DNA of 64,000 nucleotides from Thermodesulfobacteriota bacterium (GTDB lineage Bacteria; Desulfobacterota_D; UBA1144; Nemesobacterales; UBA2774): assembly GCA_041753155.1 (NCBI GenBank), contig JBGSVA010000096.1:2036-66035 (forward strand), in the 5' to 3' direction. Below the pieces are notes generated by a model that saw nothing but the letters and a program-made list of their open reading frames with translations, ran no database searches and was not told the origin of the DNA. Positions 46,887-56,338 of the stretch are shown here, in pieces. The position numbers and the translations under genes are program-made. The stretch's first letter is position 1, and each line of letters starts with the position of its first letter.

Positions 46887-47492
46887 ATGAATATGAGAGA
46901 GTTATTTTCAGGGATTCTGCTCGCGGGCGGGAAATCGGAGAGGATGGGTTTTGACAAAAGGTACGTCGAATACGGGGGCAGGACGTTCTCCGAGATAGCG
47001 CTTGAACGGCTGAAGAGCGTTGCGGACGAGGTGATCGCTGTCACGGCGGAAGGGGAAGAAATTAAATTCGACGGGGTGGCTTCCGTGAACGACATCTCCT
47101 CCGGGAGAGGTCCGATGATGGGGATATATACAGGACTGAAAAGGATGTCAGGAGACTGCGGGATCGTGAATCCGGTCGATACGCCCGATTTAAGCGTGGA
47201 GCTCCTCGAGTATATGAAAGAGATATCGCGCGGCTTCGATGTAGTAATGCCCGTATGGAATAACACGCCTGAGCCGCTAATCGCGATTTATTCAAGGAAC
47301 GTGATCCCCGTGATCGACCGGTTCTTTAAAGAAGGGCGGAAGCCCGCTCCCCGCAGCCTCGCGGCGGGGAATAACGGCCTCAAGGTGAGGATCATTAGCG
47401 AACGTGAATTAACCACGTTCGGCGACCCTGAGCGTATGTTGCGGAATATGAATACGCCTGAAGACTTAACGAACCCGAATAGTCAATTATAA
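46887..47492 (+). CDS. mobA: molybdenum cofactor guanylyltransferase MobA
   Basis: GILLAGGKSERMGFDK. The internal ATG at 46887 is preferred to the track start at 46842. Confidence 0.8.
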   Translation: MNMRELFSGILLAGGKSERMGFDKRYVEYGGRTFSEIALERLKSVADEVIAVTAEGEEIKFDGVASVNDISSGRGPMMGIYTGLKRMSGDCGIVNPVDTPDLSVELLEYMKEISRGFDVVMPVWNNTPEPLIAIYSRNVIPVIDRFFKEGRKPAPRSLAAGNNGLKVRIISERELTTFGDPERMLRNMNTPEDLTNPNSQL

Positions 47493-47502
47493 TAAACGGC
47501 TC

Positions 47503-48423
47503 ATGAAAGACGTAAGCAGCAAGCTTGAGACATTGAGGACCGCAAAGGCGCGGGCAAAGATCAGAGCCGGGGCCGAGACCCTCGATCTAGTAAGGTCAAA
47601 CGCCGTGCCCAAGGGGAACGTGCTCGAGACGGCGAGGGCGGCGGGGATAATGGCCGCGAAGAAGACCCCCGAGCTAATACCACTCTGCCACCAGATCCCT
47701 CTCGACACGGCCGACATAGAGTTCGAGATAGAGGAAGACGGGATAGCGATAACATCGTTCGTTAAAGCAATCTGGAAAACAGGCGTCGAGATGGAAGCCC
47801 TCACCGCGGTATCGGTCGCCGCACTCACGATTTACGACATGCTGAAGCCGCTCGACACATCTCTTGAAATATGCGAAATAAAACTCGTTGAAAAAAAGGG
47901 CGGCAAGAGCGACTGGAAAGAGAGCTACAGGGAGCCGCTTAAAACGGCGATTCTCGTCCTCTCGGACAGCGTATCGAGCGGAAAGAAGGGAGATAAATCG
48001 GGAAAGATCATCAAGGAGAAATTAAATGGCCAGCCGGTGCAGGTGGTCGTGTATGAAATCCTCCCCGATGAGCTCGAAATGATAAAAACAAAGCTCATAG
48101 AGCTTTCGGACGAGCAGGCGCTCGATTTAATTCTCACGACCGGAGGCACGGGACTCAGCCCGCGCGACGTAACGGTCGAAGCCACGATCGAAGTCATAGA
48201 AAGGGAGGTCCCGGGCATCTCCGAAGCCGGCAGGATATACGGTTTCCGCAGGACCCCCCACGCCATGTTATCCAGAGGCGTGAGCGGGATCAGGGGGAAG
48301 ACCATCATCATAAACCTCCCCGGAAGCTCAAGGGGCGTATCGGAAACCATGGACGCACTGTTTCCATGGGTGCTCCACTCGTTCCGCATTCTGAGAGGCG
48401 GCGACCATCCCGCCGGTAAATAA
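47503..48423 (+). CDS. MoaC (cPMP synthase) fused to a MoaB/MogA domain
   Basis: LIPLCHQIPL...GVEMEALTAVSVAALTIYDMLK (MoaC). LILTTGGTGLSPRDVT...INLPGSSRG (MogA/MoaB). Confidence 0.85.
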   Translation: MKDVSSKLETLRTAKARAKIRAGAETLDLVRSNAVPKGNVLETARAAGIMAAKKTPELIPLCHQIPLDTADIEFEIEEDGIAITSFVKAIWKTGVEMEALTAVSVAALTIYDMLKPLDTSLEICEIKLVEKKGGKSDWKESYREPLKTAILVLSDSVSSGKKGDKSGKIIKEKLNGQPVQVVVYEILPDELEMIKTKLIELSDEQALDLILTTGGTGLSPRDVTVEATIEVIEREVPGISEAGRIYGFRRTPHAMLSRGVSGIRGKTIIINLPGSSRGVSETMDALFPWVLHSFRILRGGDHPAGK

Positions 48424-48430
48424 GCCTGAT

Positions 48431-49639
48431 ATGGTTAGCGTTGAAGAGGCACAAAAGTTAGTTCTCGATAACACCCGGCTCCTCGATGAGATAGAACTAA
48501 GCATCGAAGACGCGCTCGGTCTCGTGCTTTCCGCGGACGTTATAAGCCCCGTGAACCTGCCGCTGTTCACTAATTCCGCAATGGACGGCTATGCGGTGAG
48601 GTCGGAAGATACCGAAAGCGCGTCGCCCGAGAACCCCGTACATTTAAAAGTACTCCGGACCATTAGAGCCGGCGACTTCCTCGATTTCTCCATCACTTCC
48701 GGCAACGCGGCGAAGATCATGACTGGCGCGCCTGTACCTGGCGGGGCCGATACTGTCGTCAGGATAGAGGACGCAGACGAAGAAGAGGGGAATTTAATAC
48801 TAACAGGCGCATCGGAAAAGGGGTCTAACGTCAGGTTCGAGGGAGAGGAAATCAGGAGCGGTGAGATTGCGCTAAACGCGGGCGTCGAAATCACAGCGGC
48901 GGCGGCGGGATTTTTAACCGAGCTCGGGGTAAAGAGGGTCGGAGTCCTGAGGACTCCCGGGGTATCGGTCATAGTAACGGGCGAGGAGCTGGCAGGGCCC
49001 GAGGAAGAAATCAAGCCCGGCAAGATCAGGGATACGAATTCGGTCACGCTCAAAGCCGCTCTTTCGGGAGAGAAAGCGGAGCTCGTCTCGATAGAGCGCG
49101 TCGCGGACACGAGACCGGATCTAGAAGAGAGAATCGGGAAGGCTCTCGGCTCGTGCGACGTACTTATAATCACAGGCGGCGTGTCGGTAGGGGATTACGA
49201 TTTCGTCAAGGACATACTCGGCGGTCTGGGGGTTGAAAAGATATTCTGGGGCGTTTCCCAAAGACCCGGAGGCCCCATGTTCTTCGGCAGAAGGACAGAC
49301 ACTCTCGTCTTCGGACTGCCCGGAAACCCCGCGTCTTCGCTCGTCTGCTACTACGAATACGTGAGGCCCGCGCTGCGCAAGATGACAGGGAAGAACGATA
49401 TATTCCTTCATGAAGCGGACGCACTCCTTATGGACCCCTTGAGCAAGAAGCCCGGGAAGACGCACTATCTTCGAGGCTACGTCAGCCGTGATGGTGAAAA
49501 AGTTTACGTTAAGACTTCGGAAGAACAGGGCTCGCACATGCTGAAATCGTTTGCCCGGGCGAACTGTCTGATTGTCTTTCGTGAGGGCGACTCGTACCTG
49601 CCCGAAAATTCTGGGGTCAAGGTTCATCTCCTTCCATAG
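48431..49639 (+). CDS. moeA: molybdopterin molybdenumtransferase MoeA
   Basis: FTNSAMDGYAV...IMTGAPVPGGADTVV...LIITGGVSVGDYDF...GLPGNPAS. Confidence 0.85.
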   Translation: MVSVEEAQKLVLDNTRLLDEIELSIEDALGLVLSADVISPVNLPLFTNSAMDGYAVRSEDTESASPENPVHLKVLRTIRAGDFLDFSITSGNAAKIMTGAPVPGGADTVVRIEDADEEEGNLILTGASEKGSNVRFEGEEIRSGEIALNAGVEITAAAAGFLTELGVKRVGVLRTPGVSVIVTGEELAGPEEEIKPGKIRDTNSVTLKAALSGEKAELVSIERVADTRPDLEERIGKALGSCDVLIITGGVSVGDYDFVKDILGGLGVEKIFWGVSQRPGGPMFFGRRTDTLVFGLPGNPASSLVCYYEYVRPALRKMTGKNDIFLHEADALLMDPLSKKPGKTHYLRGYVSRDGEKVYVKTSEEQGSHMLKSFARANCLIVFREGDSYLPENSGVKVHLLP

Positions 49640-49646
49640 GGGTGTT

Positions 49647-51209
49647 TTACGAATCCCGCCACGGTTTATCGAACGGAATACCGTATTTGCTTATCCTGTA
49701 GTCGAGCTGTCTAGTGGTCAGTCCGATCAGCCTGGCGGCCCTCGACTTCACCCATCCGCATTTCTTGAGCGCATCCACAATCCGCTCGACTTCCATATCT
49801 TCCACGGTCTTCGTCAAAGAGCTTTCATCGGCTTTGGGAGAATCCTCCGGTCTGGATACGTGCGAAATCTTATGGGAGTTGAGGATCTCGTAGGGGAGAT
49901 CGGTGCGGGTCGCCGTGTTATTGTCACTGAGTATCACTATCCTCTCGATGCAGTTTTCGATTTCCCGCACATTACCCGGCCACCCGTAATTGAGGAGATA
50001 TTCCATCGCATCTCCCGTAATACTGACATCCTTGGAATTCTCCTTGTTAAACTTCTTCAGGAAATGGTCGACCAAATAGGGTATGTCTTCCCTGCGGCTC
50101 CTGACCGGAGGAAGTATAAGGGGAACGACGTTGAGACGATAAAAGAGGTCTTCCCTGAAGGTCCCCTTCTCGATTGCCTCTTCCAGGTTGCTGTTAGTCG
50201 CGGCGACGATCCTCACGTCGACCTTGATCGTATTGGAGCTGCCCAGTTTCTCGAAGCTCCGCTCCTGGAGCACGCGGAGGAGCTTCAACTGTGTGGATAC
50301 GGGCAGGTCCCCGATCTCGTCGAGAAAAATCGTCCCCTTATCCGCAAGCTCGAACCTCCCTTTCCTCTCACCCGAGGCGCCTGTGAATGACCCCTTCACA
50401 TGTCCGAAAAGCTCGGTCTCGAGGAGCGTGTCCGGTATTGCCGTGCAGTTGATTTTAATGAAGGGACCGTCGGCTCTGGGACTATTGTAATGTATGGCCC
50501 TCGCCACGAGCTCTTTGCCCGTGCCGCTCTCCCCCCTGATCAGGACAGTAGCGCTGCTGAGCGCGACGCGCTTTATGGTCTCGAATGTCTCCTGCATAAT
50601 TTCGCTCTGGCCGACCATATTGTCTATACGGTGCATGCTCGCGAGCTCCTGCTGGAGGTACATCTTTTCTTCCCGGAGTCTCGCCTTTTCCTCGTTGACC
50701 TTTCCGCTTATCTCTATCGCCTGTCCGATGAGCGACCCGATCATCGTCAGAAGCGAAAGCGCCTCGTTAATCGATACGGATTCCTCGCTCCTGCAATAAA
50801 TAACGCTCAGGGTGCCTATCGTGCCCATGTGCGATTTAATCGGAATACACAGGAGCGAAAACTTCGTAAGATTACTGTCGTCGAGCTTCATGCCCTTCCA
50901 TATCGAAGGCTCGTCCCTGATGTCCGTAACCACTATGGGCGACCCTGTCTTGAACACCTTCCCGATTATCCCCTCGCCGGATTTGAATTTGATGTGGCGT
51001 TTTTTATCTACCCCGAGCGAGATGACGGTATCGAGCGCTTTAGATTCTTTATCCTGAATCACGATCGTCCCGTACCGCATGCCGAGAAACTTGTCGAGCA
51101 CGTTCACGACCGAAGTGAGTGACTGGTCCAGGTTGAAAGTGGAGGTCAAGAGTTTGCTGACTTCATACAACGTCGTCAGCTCCAGAGACCTCTTTGTGCC
51201 GGCTTCCAT
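49647..51209 (-). CDS. sigma54-dependent enhancer-binding protein, GAF-AAA+-Fis HTH (NifA-like)
   Basis: N-terminal GAF-like region. GESGTGKE (Walker A). HVKGSFTGASGERKGRFE (GAFTGA variant). C-terminal RAARLIGLTTRQLDYRISKYGI. Confidence 0.85.
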   Translation of the reverse strand: MEAGTKRSLELTTLYEVSKLLTSTFNLDQSLTSVVNVLDKFLGMRYGTIVIQDKESKALDTVISLGVDKKRHIKFKSGEGIIGKVFKTGSPIVVTDIRDEPSIWKGMKLDDSNLTKFSLLCIPIKSHMGTIGTLSVIYCRSEESVSINEALSLLTMIGSLIGQAIEISGKVNEEKARLREEKMYLQQELASMHRIDNMVGQSEIMQETFETIKRVALSSATVLIRGESGTGKELVARAIHYNSPRADGPFIKINCTAIPDTLLETELFGHVKGSFTGASGERKGRFELADKGTIFLDEIGDLPVSTQLKLLRVLQERSFEKLGSSNTIKVDVRIVAATNSNLEEAIEKGTFREDLFYRLNVVPLILPPVRSRREDIPYLVDHFLKKFNKENSKDVSITGDAMEYLLNYGWPGNVREIENCIERIVILSDNNTATRTDLPYEILNSHKISHVSRPEDSPKADESSLTKTVEDMEVERIVDALKKCGWVKSRAARLIGLTTRQLDYRISKYGIPFDKPWRDS

Positions 51210-51250
51210 AAAACTCTCCCGCGGGATGGAGTAATCCCTGATTAAATAGG

Positions 51251-51266
51251 TGCAAATTGCATGCCA
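51251..51266 (-). promoter_or_regulatory. sigma54 promoter in front of the bEBP gene itself
   Basis: The reverse complement reads TGGCAT-GCAAT-TTGCA, 42 nt upstream of the ATG at 51209. Confidence 0.65.
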
Positions 51267-51494
51267 GAATTTGATTTGTTAAAGAGCCTTCAATAAGGGA
51301 TATTTTTTAAGAGACGGGTTCATAAATGTCGAATTAATAAGCAGCCGTGTAATATTTTCAGCATCGCTGCGGTCGTTAACTATTTAGGAATTACCAAATG
51401 CTTTTCTCTACCGGGCCATAGTGAAGAGTCGCATTTGTATTAATCGATAAAGTGAGAGTACAATTATTATAGGTAAAACCAGGGAGGGATAAAC

Positions 51495-51893
51495 ATGGCA
51501 AAGGCAAAAAGGGTAAAACAGCTTAGCTTTACCATACCGAACAAGACCGGCTTACTCTCGGAGATCACTACTGCGGTTGCAGGTACTAAAGCAAATATCA
51601 GCGCCATATGCGCATATGAACAAGACAAGCGCGCATACTTCTTGTTAATCACGGACAGCAATGCAAAGGCCGGGAAGCTGCTCGATAAATTAAAAATCAA
51701 GGCCAAAGAAGAAGACGTCGTTGTGGTTGAAATGCCGAACAAGATTGGTGAATTACAGAAGGTCTCGGAAAAGATCGCTGATGCAGGCGTCAATATCAAT
51801 TATATGTACGGAACGACGGGAACCGGCAGGTCTTCGGTCTGTGTGTTTCAAACGTCGGATAATAAAAAAGCTGTCAGTGTGATTAATAAGTAA
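51495..51893 (+). CDS. tandem ACT-domain protein
   Basis: Two repeats of the ...IPNKTGLLSEITTAVAGTKANI... / ...MPNKIGELQKVSEKIADAGVNI... pattern. Confidence 0.7.
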   Translation: MAKAKRVKQLSFTIPNKTGLLSEITTAVAGTKANISAICAYEQDKRAYFLLITDSNAKAGKLLDKLKIKAKEEDVVVVEMPNKIGELQKVSEKIADAGVNINYMYGTTGTGRSSVCVFQTSDNKKAVSVINK

Positions 51894-51968
51894 TACGAAA
51901 AAGTGAATCCATCGAGTTAACCTCATTCCGGCGTTTCGGACATTTCGGACATTCGGAAAGGGTATATG
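51756..51968 (+). repeat. 213-bp direct repeat, copy 1 (last 46 codons of the ACT gene plus 75 nt downstream)
   Basis: Aligns base for base with 53996-54208 (offset 2240), with about 7 mismatches by eye. Confidence 0.85.
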
Positions 51969-52187
51969 CCGCGGGTCCTGTCCGGCGATATCCTCGCCGT
52001 TCAACTCGATCGTCCCGGAAGTGGGTTCGAGCAGGCGGTTTGTCAGCTTAAGGAGAGTGGTTTTCCCGCATCCGGATGAGCCGAGAAGAACAAGGGTCTC
52101 ACCCTCGCGGACACAAAGGGAGACATCGTCGACGGCGAAGTGCCGGCCGCCATCGAAGGACTTGGAGACGTGCTTCATAAATATCAT
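51969..52187 (-). pseudogene. 5' fragment (about 73 codons) of an ABC-transporter ATPase gene, truncated exactly at the repeat edge
   Basis: MIFMKHVSKSFDGGRHFAVDDVSLCVREGETLVLLGSSGCGKTTLLKLTNRLLEPTSGTIELNGEDIAGQDP. ABC similarity is then lost on entering the repeat. Confidence 0.7.
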
Positions 52188-52273
52188 GCTACTTCAGGAC
52201 TCCGGGATGAGAGAACGAAGAACTTGAACACAAGATCTATTAATACATTTGTAATCCATTTTCGCCCTGCACA

Positions 52274-53209
52274 TTACCGACAGATGTAGGTGGTCTTATT
52301 GGATTCATCACGTACGCATATTGAGTGGGTCTCATTCATTCTCTCGAGCAATGCCAGGAAATTTTCGGACTTGGCGGCAACGAACAGTTCGGCGAACATT
52401 TTGCCTCGATCTTCCCATTCACTCGTGTCGATATTTTTATCATGCAGGATCTTCAAAACACCTTTTCGCTCATTTTCATCCGTGAAACTCCTTTGCGATA
52501 GCATGATCCCCGGGACTTTCTCGAATCTGAAGCCATGGTTCTCGAAGGAGTCACTGATCGATGTTGATTCGAACATACGAAGAATAGTGAGCACAGCAAG
52601 TGGGCCAAACTCATTCGGATGATTCCTACCTGCATGTCTAAGAACTTGATTCATAGTGCGATCTGTCACATACCCTATCGAGCCGGTGCTAATCAATAGA
52701 TTGCAGTTGCGTAACCAGGGACATTCCTCTGCATTGGGGGTGACGTCGGGATTCTCGAAATTACGTGCAATGCCATAATCGAGTAAGCCTGCCGTCTTGG
52801 CAAAACGGATAGCAGGCTCGGAGCTGTCAAGACCCACACAACGAACGTTATTGGGAGCCGTCGTGACGTTGAGCCACGCACGCATAGCCTCACACGCTGC
52901 TTGAAAATCCCGTGGGGCACGTGTTGAGATGAACCCCACCATTTCATCGAACGAGCAGCCGTATTTCACGAACGCGGAGCCCATTCCATAAGAGCATCCA
53001 ATGTCCAGCATCTGGACCGGACAAGTATCCTCGTTATACTCATTCAGAAGTTCAGCGGCAGCGACGCAATAAGGTCGAGCCTGTTCACCAATCTCATAAC
53101 CGTGTCTTGCCATTATTTGAATGTATGCGTGCGGTGTTGACGAGGTATAAATGTCGTCAAAGCATGCTTTGGTTTTGTTCTCCTTTTCGTACTCTTTTTC
53201 GTATTTCAA
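52274..53209 (-). CDS. class I SAM-dependent methyltransferase
   Basis: VQMLDIGCSYGMG (motif I), then VGLDSSEPAI. Confidence 0.6.
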   Translation of the reverse strand: MKYEKEYEKENKTKACFDDIYTSSTPHAYIQIMARHGYEIGEQARPYCVAAAELLNEYNEDTCPVQMLDIGCSYGMGSAFVKYGCSFDEMVGFISTRAPRDFQAACEAMRAWLNVTTAPNNVRCVGLDSSEPAIRFAKTAGLLDYGIARNFENPDVTPNAEECPWLRNCNLLISTGSIGYVTDRTMNQVLRHAGRNHPNEFGPLAVLTILRMFESTSISDSFENHGFRFEKVPGIMLSQRSFTDENERKGVLKILHDKNIDTSEWEDRGKMFAELFVAAKSENFLALLERMNETHSICVRDESNKTTYICR

Positions 53210-53853
53210 AGCAATTTTCCTCCCAGGCTATTCGTATCCTCTTCATGCATCGTTTTTTCAATGTCCGGGTCATTCAACCCTGCCTCCTGTGTCGGCGCGG
53301 TATCAACGTGATGCATCTGCATGAATCTTACAATTCTTTCGAGAGACTCCACGATCATCACCAACTCAGTTTCCGGAAGCTTGACTAGAGATTCTGCGAG
53401 AGTGTCCTGCAGAGGTGAGGGGGCATTATTCGCAAGAACTTTGCCCTGCTCAGTGAGCGATATCCACATCAGACGACGATCCTTTAGATCGCGGTCCCTT
53501 CTGATAAGCCCTTTGGCCTCTAGCCGATCCAGAATCCCTATCACGGTGCTGGGACTAAGATGTATATGGCCTGCTATGGCACTTACCGTCACAGGCTCGT
53601 AACTTTTGACAGTCAGCACGGTGATTAACTGAGGTCCTGTTATCTTGTGTTGCGTCAGGAGCCGACGTGAATGCAAATCGACTGCCCGGATAACTTGCCG
53701 CAGAGCCTGAAGCACCCGGAGATCGTAACGGGCTGCGGCAACCTGCCGGGACATCGAGGCGGCTGGCAGATCCGTGCCGCTCGTTGTCGATGTGACCAAC
53801 AGTGAATCATTTACGGGGTTTAACACTTCGGTTCTTTTCTTTCTTGTCGTCAT
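53206..53853 (-). CDS. MarR-family transcriptional regulator
   Basis: PVTVSAIAGHIHLSPSTVIGILDRLEAKGLIRRDRDLKDRRLMWISLTEQG. 4-nt overlap with the methyltransferase gene. Confidence 0.8.
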   Translation of the reverse strand: MTTRKKRTEVLNPVNDSLLVTSTTSGTDLPAASMSRQVAAARYDLRVLQALRQVIRAVDLHSRRLLTQHKITGPQLITVLTVKSYEPVTVSAIAGHIHLSPSTVIGILDRLEAKGLIRRDRDLKDRRLMWISLTEQGKVLANNAPSPLQDTLAESLVKLPETELVMIVESLERIVRFMQMHHVDTAPTQEAGLNDPDIEKTMHEEDTNSLGGKLL

Positions 53854-53995
53854 GCAGGACCTCTCAATATGATTCGGATGAAACTATTTTAACTGAAACA
53901 ATCAGTATACTAAACATTTGGTCGGAGTTAAATGATCTGACCTGCTATAATAGGTCAGTAAGTCAGGCTAGATTTTTGATAAGGAACACTATTTG

Positions 53996-54208
53996 CAGAA
54001 GGTCTCGGAAAAGATCGCTGATGCGGGCGTCAATATCAATTATATGTACGGAACGACGGGAACCGGCAGGTCTTCGGTCTGTGTGTTTAAAACGTCGGAT
54101 AATAAAAAAGCTATCAGTGTGATAAATAAGTAATACGAAAAAGTGAATCCATCGAGTTAACCTCATTCCGGCACTTCGGACATTCCGGACATTCGGAAAG
54201 GGTATATG
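53996..54208 (+). repeat. 213-bp direct repeat, copy 2 (contains a promoterless 3' fragment of the ACT gene, 53996-54133)
   Basis: See 51756-51968. Confidence 0.85.
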
Positions 54209-54282
54209 TCCGGGGGAATGTCGGAATTGTCGTAAACTCAGATAATATGACAGCCAGCTATGCGTATGTTATTTAAACCGGA

Positions 54283-54882
54283 TCAAAGATAAGAATTCAT
54301 ATCACTCATTAGATATATAATATCTCCTGGCCACAAATCCGTGTGAATTATTTGTCTACCATTATCTTTCGGCATATAAGTTAATAATTCCCAATATACG
54401 GGTAGGGCATTAGGATTGTCAAAATTGATTCTCCCGCCATGTGATAGTGTATTTCTAACCACCCTGCCAAAATTCCATTCATCAGGCCAGTTAAGCCGGT
54501 TCTGAGTGAATTTATTTTCAATAGAGGGTTTGTATCTTTCATAAAAATTCACAAACATCGATAATAAAAAAGCGAAGGAAGGTTTTTCATACACATTTAA
54601 AGGTAATGCTTGATAGGGAGGTACTTGGTTAATTTTTTCTTCCCGAAAATCTAATTGATTCGGCCATAACAACTGGCGAAAAAATGGATTGAGACATTTA
54701 GCTGGATAAAAGTGAAGATTCTTATTTAGTTGTTTTGCAGTCAATGCTATCCGGTGCTTTTCTTCGTATATCCCAGTTTTTCCACTAATATACAGCTCAT
54801 GTGTAAGTGTGAAGGAGATCATACTGAAAAGGTAAATCACAAGGTCATCAAAAAAATAATGTTTCGATCTATCTAATAACAT
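54283..54882 (-). CDS. AT-rich orphan protein (199 aa) with an RNxxxH (HEPN-like) motif
   Basis: FGRVVRNTLSHGGRI. R143-H148 is encoded at 54439-54456. Composition is strikingly lower in GC than both flanks. Confidence 0.35.
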   Translation of the reverse strand: MLLDRSKHYFFDDLVIYLFSMISFTLTHELYISGKTGIYEEKHRIALTAKQLNKNLHFYPAKCLNPFFRQLLWPNQLDFREEKINQVPPYQALPLNVYEKPSFAFLLSMFVNFYERYKPSIENKFTQNRLNWPDEWNFGRVVRNTLSHGGRINFDNPNALPVYWELLTYMPKDNGRQIIHTDLWPGDIIYLMSDMNSYL

Positions 54883-55021
54883 TGTATTATCTAATGATTT
54901 AAACTAATTGCAGCATCAAAATTGTCAAGCCTCCGTCAACTTGCGATGAAGTCCGTTTCTTCGAAACCCCCCCATCCTTTCTTTTCTTTCAGGTAGTTAC
55001 AACCGTTTTCGTATGGTACAC

Positions 55022-55122
55022 TCCTTCTCCGGCATTTATATGCCGGAAGTTAATAGGATGGAGTGATCTTAAGGTAAGGGCGTCCGGTTGCGCGCTCGCT
55101 TGCAACCGTTGCCCGGCACGGC
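55022..55122 (+). repeat. dispersed copy of the 87-bp unit found in the 29640-30060 array
   Basis: tccttctccgg...ccggaag...TAAGGGCGTCCGGTTGCgcgctcgcttGCAACCGTTgcccggcacggc. The stem carries compensatory changes relative to CGATTG/CAATCG. Confidence 0.6.
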
Positions 55123-55153
55123 TATGATTACCCGCGCTCGCAGAAAACAGACC

Positions 55154-55777
55154 ATGCATATACCGTTTCTCGAAATCGACCTCGTGGCCCTGATCAAGTG
55201 GGCCGGATACATAGGCATATTCATCATAATATTCGCCGAATGCGGGGTATTGCTGGGCATATTCCTCCCCGGGGACTCGCTACTGTTCACGGCCGGGTTC
55301 CTGGCATCTCAGGGACACCTGAACATCGCGCTCCTCATAGTGATATGCTTCGTGGGCGCCGTCCTCGGCGACAACTTCGGCTATGCGTTCGGGCGCAGGG
55401 TAGGGCCCGCGATATTCAAGAAGGAAGATTCGTTCTTTTTCCATAAGAAGCACCTCGAGCGGGCTGCCCGTTTTTACGATGCGCACGGCGGGAAGACCGT
55501 AATTCTCGCCCGCTTCATGCCCATCATAAGGACGTTCGCCCCTATTCTGGCCGGTGTGGGAAGGATGAACTACAAAGTATTCATTTTATACAACCTTGTT
55601 GGAGGCGCCCTCTGGGCCGTCGGCCTGACCGCGCTCGGTTATTTTCTCGGCTCGACGATCCCCGGCGTGGACAAGTACCTGTTCCCTATCGTGCTGATGA
55701 TTATAATACTCTCCATGCTTCCGGGAATAATCGCGTCTCTCAGATCCGTCCTCAGGAAGAAGAAGCAGCAGCAGTGA
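55154..55777 (+). CDS. DedA/SNARE-associated family membrane protein
   Basis: IKWAGYIGIFIIIFAECGVLLGIFLPGDSLLFTAGFLA...ARFMPIIRTFAPILAG. The ATG at 55154 is preferred over the track start. Confidence 0.75.
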   Translation: MHIPFLEIDLVALIKWAGYIGIFIIIFAECGVLLGIFLPGDSLLFTAGFLASQGHLNIALLIVICFVGAVLGDNFGYAFGRRVGPAIFKKEDSFFFHKKHLERAARFYDAHGGKTVILARFMPIIRTFAPILAGVGRMNYKVFILYNLVGGALWAVGLTALGYFLGSTIPGVDKYLFPIVLMIIILSMLPGIIASLRSVLRKKKQQQ

Positions 55778-55817
55778 TCCGGTCCCGGAACGCACTATAT
55801 AACCGGGGCGCTCTAAT

Positions 55818-56324
55818 ATGCAGACCCTATATATCATCTCCGTATATATACATATCATCTCGGCAACCATCCTGGTAGGGGGGATGTTCTTTCTGTTCCT
55901 CGTATTGATACCTGTGCTCCGGAAGCCGGAGTTTCAGGGGTTATTCGCAAAGATATTCTATCAGGCCGGGGTGCGGTTCAGGCTTGTCAGGTGGGTTTCA
56001 CTCCTCCTTCTTGTTCTTACAGGGACATTCAACCTCGCTTATCGAGGCTATGGTTTTTCCGATTTAACAACGGGGCGGCTGTTCGAGGGCCCTTTCGGGC
56101 GCGTGCTTCTCCAAAAGCTCGTCATTGTGGGATTGATAGTACTCACGAGCGTCGTCCACGATTTCTGGATAGGGCCAAGGGCGTCCGAGCTCATGCGCGC
56201 GGGCCCGGAGTCCCCCGAGAGCAGGAAATACCGCAGCGCGGCAGTATGGATAGGACGGCTTAATTTTATAATGGCTCTCCTCATCGTTTTACTAGCGGTC
56301 ATGCTCGTGAGGGGAGGCTTATAA
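55818..56324 (+). CDS. integral membrane protein (about 4 TM; CopD/DUF4149-like, uncertain)
   Basis: Hydrophobic segments only. Confidence 0.4.
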   Translation: MQTLYIISVYIHIISATILVGGMFFLFLVLIPVLRKPEFQGLFAKIFYQAGVRFRLVRWVSLLLLVLTGTFNLAYRGYGFSDLTTGRLFEGPFGRVLLQKLVIVGLIVLTSVVHDFWIGPRASELMRAGPESPESRKYRSAAVWIGRLNFIMALLIVLLAVMLVRGGL

Positions 56325-56338
56325 AAGAATCGAGCTCT

